53,989 nucleotides of DNA from NCBI GenBank assembly GCA_009908725.1, contig JAAAOT010000162.1:1-53989 (forward strand). Reading direction: 5' to 3'. This document shows, in pieces, positions 10,304 through 19,446 of the stretch (position 1 is the first letter of the stretch; each line of letters starts with the position of its first letter). The notes below the pieces were generated by a model. The model had not been told where the DNA came from. It searched no databases and worked only from the letters and a program-made list of their open reading frames with translations. This DNA comes from Bacteroidota bacterium. GTDB taxonomy: Bacteria > Bacteroidota > Rhodothermia > Rhodothermales > Salinibacteraceae. The translations under genes were made by a program, and so were the position numbers.

Positions 10304-11935
10304 ATGCTGCGCGACGTCATGACCTATCTACGAACTGCCGTCCTTGTCACCGTCCTGGCCCTGACCCTCACCGCGTGCGATAGCGCACCCGGCACCGATT
10401 CTAGCACGGAATCCATTGGCGACTACCTCGCCACCCTCGACTACGACGCGAGTGCTCTGCTGAACGTCCAGCCCAGCGACGCCGCCCGCGAGCCGGTCGA
10501 TACCACGACCACCACCGAACAGGATGGAAACATCGAGCGCACCTGCACCCGCACGTCGTACAACCTGCAGAACAACTTCGAGGAGATCGCCATCCTGCGC
10601 CCGACCGCGGACGTCATCTGGCCCGGGGCACTTGTGGAAGCCAACCAGTCGCTCCTCGACGGACTGCCCGAGCCGGCCCGGTTCGACCGCTCTCCCGTCA
10701 AGATCCGGATCGACCTTCCGGGCATGGGCGAGAATGGAACCAGGACGATCGAGCGTCCCGACCTGGCCAGCGTGCAGACTGCCATCGACGAGGCGCTGGA
10801 GTGGTGGAACGCCAATGCATACGAAGAGGGATACGTGAACGCCTCCAGTTCGTCAAATCGCATCACCACCTCGTACACATCAACCCAGGCGTCGATGGAT
10901 GTGGGGCTCAACGTCGCCTGGGCTACGGGAGACGTGCAGTCGCAATTTAACTATGAGACGACGGAGACGCAGCGCGTGGTCATGGCGACGTATAAACAAG
11001 CCTTCTACACGGTCAGCTTCGTGCAGGAAAGCGGCGCGCAGCCCGAGGACGTGTTCGGTCCGGGCGTGTCGCTGGCGGATGTTCGGTCTGCCTTCAATAA
11101 CGACGCCCCGCCGGCGTATATCGCGTCGGTGACGTACGGTCGGATCATCATGTTTCGGATGGAAACATCGGCGTCGTACACCTCCGCCGAGGTGGAGGCC
11201 GCGTTCCGTTATGCCGCCGGCGCGCAGGTCGACGGCGACATGGAGGCGCGCTACGAGGAGATCCTGGAGCGCTCCACCGTCGAGGTGATCACGCTGGGGG
11301 GCAACGCCGCCGTGGCCTCTGAGGCGGTGACGGCACGCTCGGCGGGGGACCTGGAGCCCATCATCACGGGAGAGAACGCGGTCTACTCGCGCAGCAACCC
11401 GGGGGTACCGATCTCGTACGCCGTCAAGTATCTAAAAGACGACCAGCTGGCGAAACTGGGCTACACGACCGAGTACACCGCCACCGAGTGCTCTTCGGTA
11501 CAGACGGCCAACACCATCACGGTCGATCTGAAAGAGTTCTTCGTCCGCAGAGATTGCGACGGCGGCCTCAATGGAGACGGTGAATTCCAGTTTCGGGCCA
11601 TCGTAAACGGGGGCGGCACCCGAGTAGGCGACTTCATCCGGGGACGTCCCGAGGTCACGCTGGGCGACGGCGACAGCGTCGTGCTCAACGAGGAGGTCGT
11701 TTTCGACATGGAGCGAGAGGACGGAAACCAGTTCGCGATTACCTTCTACAGCACGGAGTGGGATCAAGGCGTCGGGGGACGGGTCAAGGACTCCCGCATG
11801 GCCACCCTCAGCACCTCCAAGCGGCACACGTTCGGAAGTACGGGTTGGAGCAACGTGACCACGAGCGACATCCGCCTCGTCAACGGCAGCCAGGATTGCC
11901 AGGCCGAGCTTGTCTACTCGGTGGACGTGATCTAG
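10304..11935 (+). CDS. Lipoprotein: thiol-activated cytolysin (CDC-like) core plus ~140-aa C-terminal beta domain
   Basis: Lipobox LTLTAC. Motifs IWPGALVEAN, RSPVKIRIDLPG, YKQAFYTVS, PAYIASVTYGR, TLGGNA, GVPISYAVKYLKDD closely match the CDC core. No ECTGLAWEWWR undecapeptide. Alternative start 10319. Confidence 0.88.
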   Translation: MLRDVMTYLRTAVLVTVLALTLTACDSAPGTDSSTESIGDYLATLDYDASALLNVQPSDAAREPVDTTTTTEQDGNIERTCTRTSYNLQNNFEEIAILRPTADVIWPGALVEANQSLLDGLPEPARFDRSPVKIRIDLPGMGENGTRTIERPDLASVQTAIDEALEWWNANAYEEGYVNASSSSNRITTSYTSTQASMDVGLNVAWATGDVQSQFNYETTETQRVVMATYKQAFYTVSFVQESGAQPEDVFGPGVSLADVRSAFNNDAPPAYIASVTYGRIIMFRMETSASYTSAEVEAAFRYAAGAQVDGDMEARYEEILERSTVEVITLGGNAAVASEAVTARSAGDLEPIITGENAVYSRSNPGVPISYAVKYLKDDQLAKLGYTTEYTATECSSVQTANTITVDLKEFFVRRDCDGGLNGDGEFQFRAIVNGGGTRVGDFIRGRPEVTLGDGDSVVLNEEVVFDMEREDGNQFAITFYSTEWDQGVGGRVKDSRMATLSTSKRHTFGSTGWSNVTTSDIRLVNGSQDCQAELVYSVDVI

Positions 11936-11980
11936 CGGGAGATGCACTGCCGAGCCGATCGTCGCCACCCGACGGATGAA

Positions 11981-13249
11981 TCACCACCCGAAGCGAAGCT
12001 GGATCGTGTGGGCGTACGCGGACCCGTCCTCGGGCAGAACGCCTTCCTGCCGGCCGTAGATGGCGTAATCAACGTGCACCACCCGCCCGTTGAGACCGAT
12101 CCCCGCGGACGGGAGGCCCTGGCTCAGCCCCGCCCGGAATTGAACGAGCCCGGCGTTGGTTTCCGTCCCGAGCCGCAGGCGCCGGAAGAAGGACTGGCGC
12201 GACCCGGTCGTGGAGGCAGTGCTCCAGTCGAGCAACACGGTCGTCGCGCCCATCCGCGGCATGTACTGGCGGGAGATGGCGTAGGCGACGCCGAGTCGCA
12301 TCCGCGGACCGTCGAATTCATCCAGAATAGCCTCTGCTGCCTCCACGGATCCCGCTTCCGGCTCGTCGTCGAGTGCCCCGAAGAAGTCGTCCTGCTCGTA
12401 CGAGATCTGCCCGCCGAGCAGGTCGTACACGGCAAGGGCGGCGGTCAGTCCCTCGACGCTGGCGACGTCGTACTGCAGGCCGAGGTCGAGCGCGACGGTG
12501 GAACCGGACAGGATCGGCGGCACGTCGAAGTCCTCCGCGATCTGCCGGTAGGTCGACACGTAGCGGCGCACGTAGCGGCCGGTCACCCCGGCGCGGACGC
12601 CGGATGTCCCGATGGGCATGCCCGCACCGACGGCCACGATGCCATCGGTCTGCCCGAACACGGCGATGTCGGGGGAAAGGGGACGCGGGATCGCCTGCGC
12701 CCGTGCGGTCTGGGTCACGTACGCTCCGACGCTGAGGCCCACCGTTCCCGCCCGGAAGACGGCCGACGGAAGCAGCACGGCCAACCGGAGCGTAAGCGGG
12801 CGCTCGAAAAGCTCCAGCGCCTGCTCCTCAACCGCATCGACTTCTTCGTCGGTGAGGTCTTCTACGTCGGCAAGTTCATCCTCAAACAGGTCGATCGCAT
12901 CCCGGACCCGACCTGGTCGACCGCTCGCTGCCACCCCGAAGATCGTGAAGCGCGGCTCGTTTCCCCACTCGGCTCCCAGTTGAGCCGGATTGATGAGCGA
13001 GGCGATGTACAAATCGGGGCGGGCCACCCCAGCATCGCCGCGGGCGAGCATGGACGGCATGATGGGCGTGGCGCGGGCATCCGCATACGTACCCTGCGCG
13101 GCCGCCTCCTCGCCCGGAAGGGCCATCAGGAGCAACGCGATGATCGCACCCGTCCAGGAAACCCGGGACGACAGGGCGTTGCGTGAAAGAGAGCGGCCGG
13201 GGAACGAAACAACGGGGCGAGAGCAGTCAGAGCACCGGGGACGGGACAT
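11981..13249 (-). CDS. Outer-membrane beta-barrel protein (TraF/FadL/PorV-like N-terminal motif)
   Basis: Signal-like segment ending AAAQG; LARGDAGVA...SLINPAQL hatch-like motif; amphipathic beta strands; C-terminal HTIQLRFGW beta-signal. Start uncertain. Confidence 0.65.
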   Translation of the reverse strand: MSRPRCSDCSRPVVSFPGRSLSRNALSSRVSWTGAIIALLLMALPGEEAAAQGTYADARATPIMPSMLARGDAGVARPDLYIASLINPAQLGAEWGNEPRFTIFGVAASGRPGRVRDAIDLFEDELADVEDLTDEEVDAVEEQALELFERPLTLRLAVLLPSAVFRAGTVGLSVGAYVTQTARAQAIPRPLSPDIAVFGQTDGIVAVGAGMPIGTSGVRAGVTGRYVRRYVSTYRQIAEDFDVPPILSGSTVALDLGLQYDVASVEGLTAALAVYDLLGGQISYEQDDFFGALDDEPEAGSVEAAEAILDEFDGPRMRLGVAYAISRQYMPRMGATTVLLDWSTASTTGSRQSFFRRLRLGTETNAGLVQFRAGLSQGLPSAGIGLNGRVVHVDYAIYGRQEGVLPEDGSAYAHTIQLRFGW

Positions 13250-13499
13250 GGCAGACGGAGGGATCTGATCGACCGAGGGCAACGGCACCCGGAACGGCAG
13301 ATCGTGGCAGCCCCAGCGACTTCTCCGGGTGAAGAGAGTGGGAAGAGACTACGGACCGAAGCGCCCGCTCCGCGAATCCTGTGGCGACCGCCGGTAACGC
13401 ACCCCGGCGCAATCTGAGGGGGAAATTGGCGCAGGCGGATTCGCCTCCGGCGCATGACCCCGTGCACCCGTTCATGCCACCTCGCCGCCCCGCGATCGA

Positions 13500-14504
13500 C
13501 TACCAGCGCGCCGGATAGCCGCGAAAGTCGAGATGGACGAACGGGCCGCGGTGCGACGCCGGGCCGTAGGTGCCGAGTCCTCCCTCAAAGGTCCCGCCCT
13601 CCCCGAGCGTCGACTGGATCACGCGGGCCAGGTAGCGTGCGTCGGCTTCCGTCACACGCCCATCCCCGGTCAGGTCGTCCATCCACCCGTTGTTGTCCGC
13701 ATCCACGAAAATGTCGGCCGCGTCGCCGTAGAGGTGGCGGCTGTACACGGTCGTGTTACCGATCGACCGGTTGTAGAATGGCGTTCGAAAACCGCTCATC
13801 ACGTGGAGCGTCGGTGCGCTATGACCGCGCTCGCGTAGCGCCGTGAGGACGGCTTCGAGGGCCTGAATCAGCTCGGTGTCGATGAGCGCGAATTCCGGGC
13901 CCGGTCCGCCCTGTTTGCAGAGAAACTGAGAGAGGCGAAAGTTCGGCGACACGCGGAGGTCCCGGTTTCGCTCGGTCACGCGGACGAAGCCCCGCGGGCG
14001 TTCGTACGAGGTGAGGCCGCGCCGCGCCCTCGGCTGATACCGTCCGATTCGGTAGCCGTCGATCGAGGTACCGCGATGGTCCCACGGCTGCAGCACGAAC
14101 ACCTGAAGGCGAATGGTGGCGTCGCGACCCGGCGACCGCACTGTCACGGTCGTCGTCCCGGGAGCATCCGGCGCGCGAAAAAGCCACTGCCCGCCGAGTC
14201 CGGGCACCGCCTCTCCCCCGCCGGGCCCGACGCGAACACTCAGCTCCGACGCGTTTGCGACCGTCAGGGGAATCGATTCGCCCGGCATCACGGAGACGGT
14301 CATCACCGACGACCGAATGCTATGATCGCCGAACCGGAGCCGAATCGCCGGTTCATCGTCCGCCTTCTCTGCCGCGGGAGACGCATCACGCAAATCGGCG
14401 GCGAATGCCGGCCCGGAGCCGGTTGATACGGTCGGCGCTCCGAGAAAGAGCACGGCCGTCAGGCACACGAAAAGCGCGGCGGCGCGGCGAAGCAATACAG
14501 ACAT
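13500..14504 (-). CDS. Exported peptidase M15 (Zn D-Ala-D-Ala metallopeptidase, YcbK-like)
   Basis: Signal peptide; VSPNFRLSQFLCK, SGFRTPFYN, SRHLYGDAAD, FVHLDFRG. Confidence 0.85.
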   Translation of the reverse strand: MSVLLRRAAALFVCLTAVLFLGAPTVSTGSGPAFAADLRDASPAAEKADDEPAIRLRFGDHSIRSSVMTVSVMPGESIPLTVANASELSVRVGPGGGEAVPGLGGQWLFRAPDAPGTTTVTVRSPGRDATIRLQVFVLQPWDHRGTSIDGYRIGRYQPRARRGLTSYERPRGFVRVTERNRDLRVSPNFRLSQFLCKQGGPGPEFALIDTELIQALEAVLTALRERGHSAPTLHVMSGFRTPFYNRSIGNTTVYSRHLYGDAADIFVDADNNGWMDDLTGDGRVTEADARYLARVIQSTLGEGGTFEGGLGTYGPASHRGPFVHLDFRGYPARW

Positions 14505-14674
14505 GTCGGGAAGAAAAGGGTTGGCGCGTTTCTGGACCGCACGGTCGACTCGGTGGCAACGAAGGAAAAATCCAGCGGCCGGTCAAGCGGGAACTGTATA
14601 TATTTTATCGCAAACGGCGTACCTCCGGGGCTCCGGGCACATTGCGAATGGAATGAGGATGCAACCGCCGGTTC

Positions 14675-16457
14675 TCAGGACGGGGTGTAGTCGATTTCCA
14701 GGGCACGCAGCAGCTGCGCGTCGCGGCCGTAAATGTCGTTCCGAAAGTGAACCGCGCCGTCCTCGACCCACGCCGTCCAGTACTGCAGGTGGACCGGGAC
14801 GCGTCGCTTAAGGACGACGGCTCGCTCCCCTCCGTCCCCGTACATCTCCTCGCGGACCCGCTCGCCGGTCCACCCGGCCTGATCTTCGAGCAGGTACGTC
14901 GCCAGCTCCACGGGCCGTTCGACCCGGATGCACCCCGAACTGAAGCTCCGTTCGGCCTGCTGGAAGAGTCCGCGCGTCGGCGTGTCGTGCAGGTACACGC
15001 TGTACGGGTTGGGAAACATAAACTTGACCCGACCCAGTGCATTGAGTGGTCCGGCATCCTGGCGTAGGCGGAACGGGAAATTCTTCGGCGTGATCGTGGA
15101 CCAGTCGATCGTGGCCGGATCCACGGGGGCCGCGTCCGAATCCCACGAGCGAAACACCTTGATCCGCTGCCGCTCGAGGTAGCTCGGATCCTGCTTGATG
15201 AGGGGCAGCTTGTCCTCGACGGCAAGCGTGTGCGGGACGTGCCAGAACGGTCGGAAGACAAGGTACGAAATCTCGTCCGAGAAGACCGGCGTCTGACGGT
15301 AGGGCCGGCCGGTCACGACGCGCATGGACAGAACGGTCTCCCCCTCCTCGACCACATCCAACGAAAACCCGGCGATATTGACCAGGACGTAGCGCGCACC
15401 GAGAGAGTCGGGCATCCATCGCCACCGCTCGAGGTTGGCGACGAGTTGCGCGACGCGGCGCTCGACCGGGACATTCATCGCCGCACGTGTAGCATCACCG
15501 ATGACGCCGTCGGGCGTCAGTCCGTGTCGCCTCTGAAAGCGGACGACGCCAGCCTCCAGCCCATTGTCATATCGGTACAGGGAATCCGTCGGCGCGTCGG
15601 CGGCTTGCTCCGGGCGGACGTCTCCCCCGGTCGAAGGCAACGACGGAGCACGTTCATTTCGTGCACGCACGGAATCGACCGGGACTAGCACGTCTCCGGT
15701 GATGGCGAGTCGCTCACGGATCAAGGGAACGCGGGGGTCGACCTCGCCGGGTTTCAGGGACGGTCCGTCCGGGACAGCCGGCCAGCCGCCGTCCATTTCC
15801 ACGTCACGGTACTGCCGAAGGGCGTTCTTCAGCGCCGCGTAGGCCGGCGCCGCCGGCGTGACCGAAGCGAGCGCCGCGTCGAGATCCCTCGACGACGACA
15901 GCCGTCGCAGGACCGACATCACATCCCCCGCCCGCGCCGGCATATTCCACGTGGGCGTCACCTCGCCGGGCGAGACACGACCGAACGCACGGTGCGTCGC
16001 GTACCGCACGAGCGCTTGTGCACAGTAATTCGAGTTCGACAAGGTCCGCGACCGACACAGAATCGGCCGACTGCACCGCCCGTACTAGCTGCTCGATGCG
16101 GCCTGCCGGATACGCCTCCGGCGAGAGGCCTTCGTCAGCCGCCGAGGTCAGCACATCCAACAGGCGTTCTACGACGGGAAGAGGGCCGGTACCGTCCACC
16201 CACAGCGGCTGAAAGCCCGTCTCCTCGTACCAGCGCATCATCCGCAGCGGGCGACTCTCTTCATCCGGTGGCAGCCCCTCCAGGCCGTTCACCTCGCTCT
16301 CGACCCGCGTCCGGATCTCCTCGACCACCCGTGCCTTCAGGGAATCCGCATGAGCCGTCGTGGACGCGTCTTCCACGCCCGGTGAACCCTCACCGGTCTG
16401 GCAACCGGTCCAGAGCAGCATCAGCATTCCAACAACCCAAAGCAGGTGCCGCCCCAT
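14675..16457 (-). pseudogene. YcbB/LdtD-like L,D-transpeptidase lipoprotein with one frameshift near 16015-16020
   Basis: N-part (ATG 16457, lipobox LWTGC, scaffold domain) and C-part (PG-binding FQRRHGLTPDG, VNIAGF, NALGRVKFMFPN, YLHDTP, SSGCIRV) are in different frames joined at ELLCT/QALVRYA. Confidence 0.8.
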
Positions 16458-16780
16458 ATTCCTCAGTGCACGAAGGAAAAAAGACCGTGCGGCGTGACCG
16501 GATCTGTTCGCGCCGTCAGGACTCGGACGGTTCGAGGGACGAATTGCTCCGACCCGTCCTACCGTCGGAATCCACCCACCGGCAACTGGGGGCAGGTACG
16601 CTTGTCCCGGACGCTCCCGTACACGACCCGGAGATCAGATTGCCGGTGAAAGCTCTCGGCCGGAAGGGCGTTGGCATTGACGCGCGACGACGTCCCGAGT
16701 ACCATGAAGTGCATTGCGTGCACCGCCTGCCGGGCCGACCGGCACGTCCTCATATCCATTCACTCGACCCCCGTCTCCCT

Positions 16781-17446
16781 GTGCCGCATTACCTGAACCT
16801 GGACGACTGGCCGCGGCGACCGCAGTTCGAGTTCTACAGCCGCCTCGACAACCCCTTCTTCAACGTCTGCGTGGAGGTCGACGTGACGAACCTGAAGGCC
16901 TGGACGGATGAGCGGGAGGCGTCCTTCTTCCTCGCCTCGTTGTACGCCTCGCAGCGCGCGACGGAAACGGTGCCGAACTTCCGCTATCGACTGGATGGCA
17001 ACCAGGTGCGCGTGCAGGATCGCATTCTGCCGGGATGCACGATTCTGCGGGACGACGACACCTTCGGGTTCGGCTATTTCGAGCCGGCGCCCACGTTTGC
17101 CGAGTGGCAGGCGGCCGGGCGAGAGGTGATCGAGCACGTACGCTCAACCAAGGGGCTGGACGATCGGCCCGACGACGGCGACGTCCTCCATTACTCCGTC
17201 TTGCCGTGGATCTCGTTCACGAGCTTCTCGCACGCGCGCAGCTTCGGGACGGACGACTCCGTGCCGAAGATCGTGCTCGGACGCTTTACCGAGCGAGAGG
17301 GACGCCTGGAAATGCCGGTCTCGGTGGCCGTCCACCACGGCCTCATGGATGGACTCCACGTCGGACGGTACGTTGAGCGACTGGAGCAGCTCTGCGACGA
17401 TCCCGAACAACTGGAACGCCCCCGCGCCGACCACGAGCCTTCGTAG
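16781..17446 (+). CDS. cat: Type A chloramphenicol acetyltransferase-like O-acetyltransferase
   Basis: LDDWPRRPQFEFY, SVLPWISFTS, PKIVLGRF, VHHGLMDGLHVG (catalytic HHxxxDG). GTG start at 16781; the upstream part of the 484-aa ORF is antisense shadow. Confidence 0.8.
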   Translation: MPHYLNLDDWPRRPQFEFYSRLDNPFFNVCVEVDVTNLKAWTDEREASFFLASLYASQRATETVPNFRYRLDGNQVRVQDRILPGCTILRDDDTFGFGYFEPAPTFAEWQAAGREVIEHVRSTKGLDDRPDDGDVLHYSVLPWISFTSFSHARSFGTDDSVPKIVLGRFTEREGRLEMPVSVAVHHGLMDGLHVGRYVERLEQLCDDPEQLERPRADHEPS

Positions 17447-17455
17447 ATCCGGGAC

Positions 17456-17779
17456 CTACGCGTCATTCATTATTTCGAACATCGACCGAACCTCGTTTCG
17501 GAGCGTCTTCTCGTCGACAGACTTACGGCGTGTGGCCTCGTAGATTTTCGAAAGCGCCTCCTGCATTAAGACCTGGGTTTTTCCACTTCCGTTCGACGGA
17601 TCGCGACCGACGTCCGGCAGCGCCCCGTTTTGCTTCTCGGCGTTCTCCATGAACACCGGTGCCATCACCAGCAGGCGTACCACGTCCTGCGGGGTCTTAT
17701 TGCAGGCCCTGGCCGTCTCCACCAGCCAGTCGCTGATGTCTTCTGAAAACTCGACGCACAGGGAGTTGCGTGTAGCCAT
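17456..17779 (-). CDS. Small hypothetical protein, possible ribbon-helix-helix N-terminus
   Basis: SLCVEFSEDISDWLVETARACNKTPQDVVRLLV fits a strand-helix-turn-helix pattern; ATG start after an AT-rich upstream region. Confidence 0.55.
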   Translation of the reverse strand: MATRNSLCVEFSEDISDWLVETARACNKTPQDVVRLLVMAPVFMENAEKQNGALPDVGRDPSNGSGKTQVLMQEALSKIYEATRRKSVDEKTLRNEVRSMFEIMNDA

Positions 17780-17828
17780 CGTATTTGAATCTGCGTGTTA
17801 AAAAGGCGCACCCGTGTGGGAAGTGGGT

Positions 17829-17876
17829 AAAAACAATAAACAGGCCATCCCCCCCGGCTACGGGCGACATGGCCTG
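17829..17876 (-). terminator. Rho-independent terminator after the SDR gene
   Basis: CAGGCCAT/ATGGCCTG stem followed on the minus strand by TTTATTGTTTTT. Confidence 0.6.
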
Positions 17877-17907
17877 ATCTGCATCCGATCTGAAAGGAAG
17901 TCCCCCG

Positions 17908-18657
17908 TCACGTACGCTGATCGGTCGGAAGCACCATCAACTCTTCAACGTCGACACGGGCCGGGGCCGTTACGGCGTATAGAATTGACTCGGCGATATC
18001 CTCCGACTCCAGCGGCTGCATCTTGCCATGCCGCTCCTCGAACATGTCCATCACGTCGGTGTCGGTGATCGTATTTGTCAACTCGGTCGCAACCGCTCCG
18101 GGCTGGATGCTCGTGACGCGAATGTTTTCATGCGGTGCCAGCTCCTTTCTCATGCCCTCCGAGAGCGCTCTCACGAAGTGCTTGGTGCCGCAGTAGACCG
18201 CACCGCCCGGGAACAGGCGGCGCCCCGCCGTCGACGATACATTGATGATGTGCCCGCTCCCCTGGTCAAGCATGGCGGGAAGGACGGCGCCGACGCAGTG
18301 GAGTACGCCCTTGATGTTGACGTCCACCATCTGCTCCCATTCGTCCTCGTGCAGATTCTTAATGAACGACAGCGGCATGATGCCGGCGTTGTTGACCAGG
18401 ATGTCGACGCTACCGAAGGCGTCGAGCGTAGCATCGGCGAGGGATTGGACCTGGCCGCGGTCCGTGACGTCGGTCTCAACGACGATGGCGGTCCCGCCGT
18501 CTAACTCGATTTCGGCTTTCAGCTCGTTCAGCCGGTCGGTGCGACGGGCCGCGAGGGCCACGTGGGCGCCTTCCTCGGCAAGCATCCGGGCGGTTGCTTC
18601 ACCAATGCCGCTGGATGCGCCGGTGACGATGACGCTTTTGCTCGATAGATTGGTCAT
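17908..18657 (-). CDS. SDR family oxidoreductase (YdfG-like)
   Basis: [19 protein letters not shown] motifs. Confidence 0.93.
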   Translation of the reverse strand: MTNLSSKSVIVTGASSGIGEATARMLAEEGAHVALAARRTDRLNELKAEIELDGGTAIVVETDVTDRGQVQSLADATLDAFGSVDILVNNAGIMPLSFIKNLHEDEWEQMVDVNIKGVLHCVGAVLPAMLDQGSGHIINVSSTAGRRLFPGGAVYCGTKHFVRALSEGMRKELAPHENIRVTSIQPGAVATELTNTITDTDVMDMFEERHGKMQPLESEDIAESILYAVTAPARVDVEELMVLPTDQRT

Positions 18658-18993
18658 GTTGGAGGGATCGGTGGAAAACGATACGGCGACAGCAAGAGGC
18701 GCGTCTCGCCCCGTGCGGACGTTAGCTGACGCGCCCGCTCCGGCGGAGTTGCCCGCGCGGAACGATGTTTACGTTTGCGGCACTCTGGCCAACCCCACTG
18801 ATGTAGCGTCGCACCCTGACGGGATGGGCCCGGCATCGCTTCGTTCGCCCACACCCGTTCAAAAAAGCGGCAATAAAAATCGGGGCCTGCCGGTGTGGGC
18901 AGCGCCGCGCGTGGCTGGGGAGCTCGTCATGTCAGGGTGCGGTTCAGAAACAGATATGGAGTGCGAAAAAACCGGGTGCCCGAAGCACCTTGC

Positions 18994-19263
18994 CTACTGC
19001 CCCATCACGTGCTCAATGGTTTTGGGAATCAGGATGCGGATGTGGGCTCGGGTCGGCACGGCACGGGGACATGCCGGCTCGGCGGGGGTCATCGCCGGAG
19101 CGGGTGTCGACGTTATGGAAACCGTGGGCGCGATCAACGTATCGCGCTCGACGATGCCTGCAATCAGAACGAGGCAAACCGTCAAGCCGGCGATGACGCG
19201 GCGCGCCCATGCATATCCATGTTTTCGATAGCGGAGCTGGGATTCGAGCGGGGTGCGTAACAT
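18994..19263 (-). CDS. Possible small membrane-anchored hypothetical protein
   Basis: ATG 19263; one hydrophobic segment (VIAGLTVCLVLIAGIV); fills an otherwise empty gap; no recognisable family. Confidence 0.3.
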   Translation of the reverse strand: MLRTPLESQLRYRKHGYAWARRVIAGLTVCLVLIAGIVERDTLIAPTVSITSTPAPAMTPAEPACPRAVPTRAHIRILIPKTIEHVMGQ

Positions 19264-19446
19264 GATTCCGGCGGGTCGATCAGTGGAGTAACGCGCCACC
19301 TGCACAAGTTGCAAGTGCTGTACCGTCCCTCATAAGATGCACCAAACGCCGGAAAGGGTTACACAGGTGCGCCAAATCGCACATGTTTACTGTGCGATAT
19401 CGTCCATGCCGGCCCCGCATCTCACGTCGCCTCCTCCTGCAATCGG

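Noticed and set aside
7623-11935. Classical cholesterol-dependent cytolysins or T9SS cargo
   Set aside because: No undecapeptide or canonical D4 and no recognisable T9SS C-terminal domain; both are SPII lipoproteins, so they are called CDC-like only.
15992-16780. Long N-terminal fusion on CAT (484-aa ORF)
   Set aside because: The upstream part overlaps the LDT gene in antisense and is low-complexity Pro/Arg shadow sequence.
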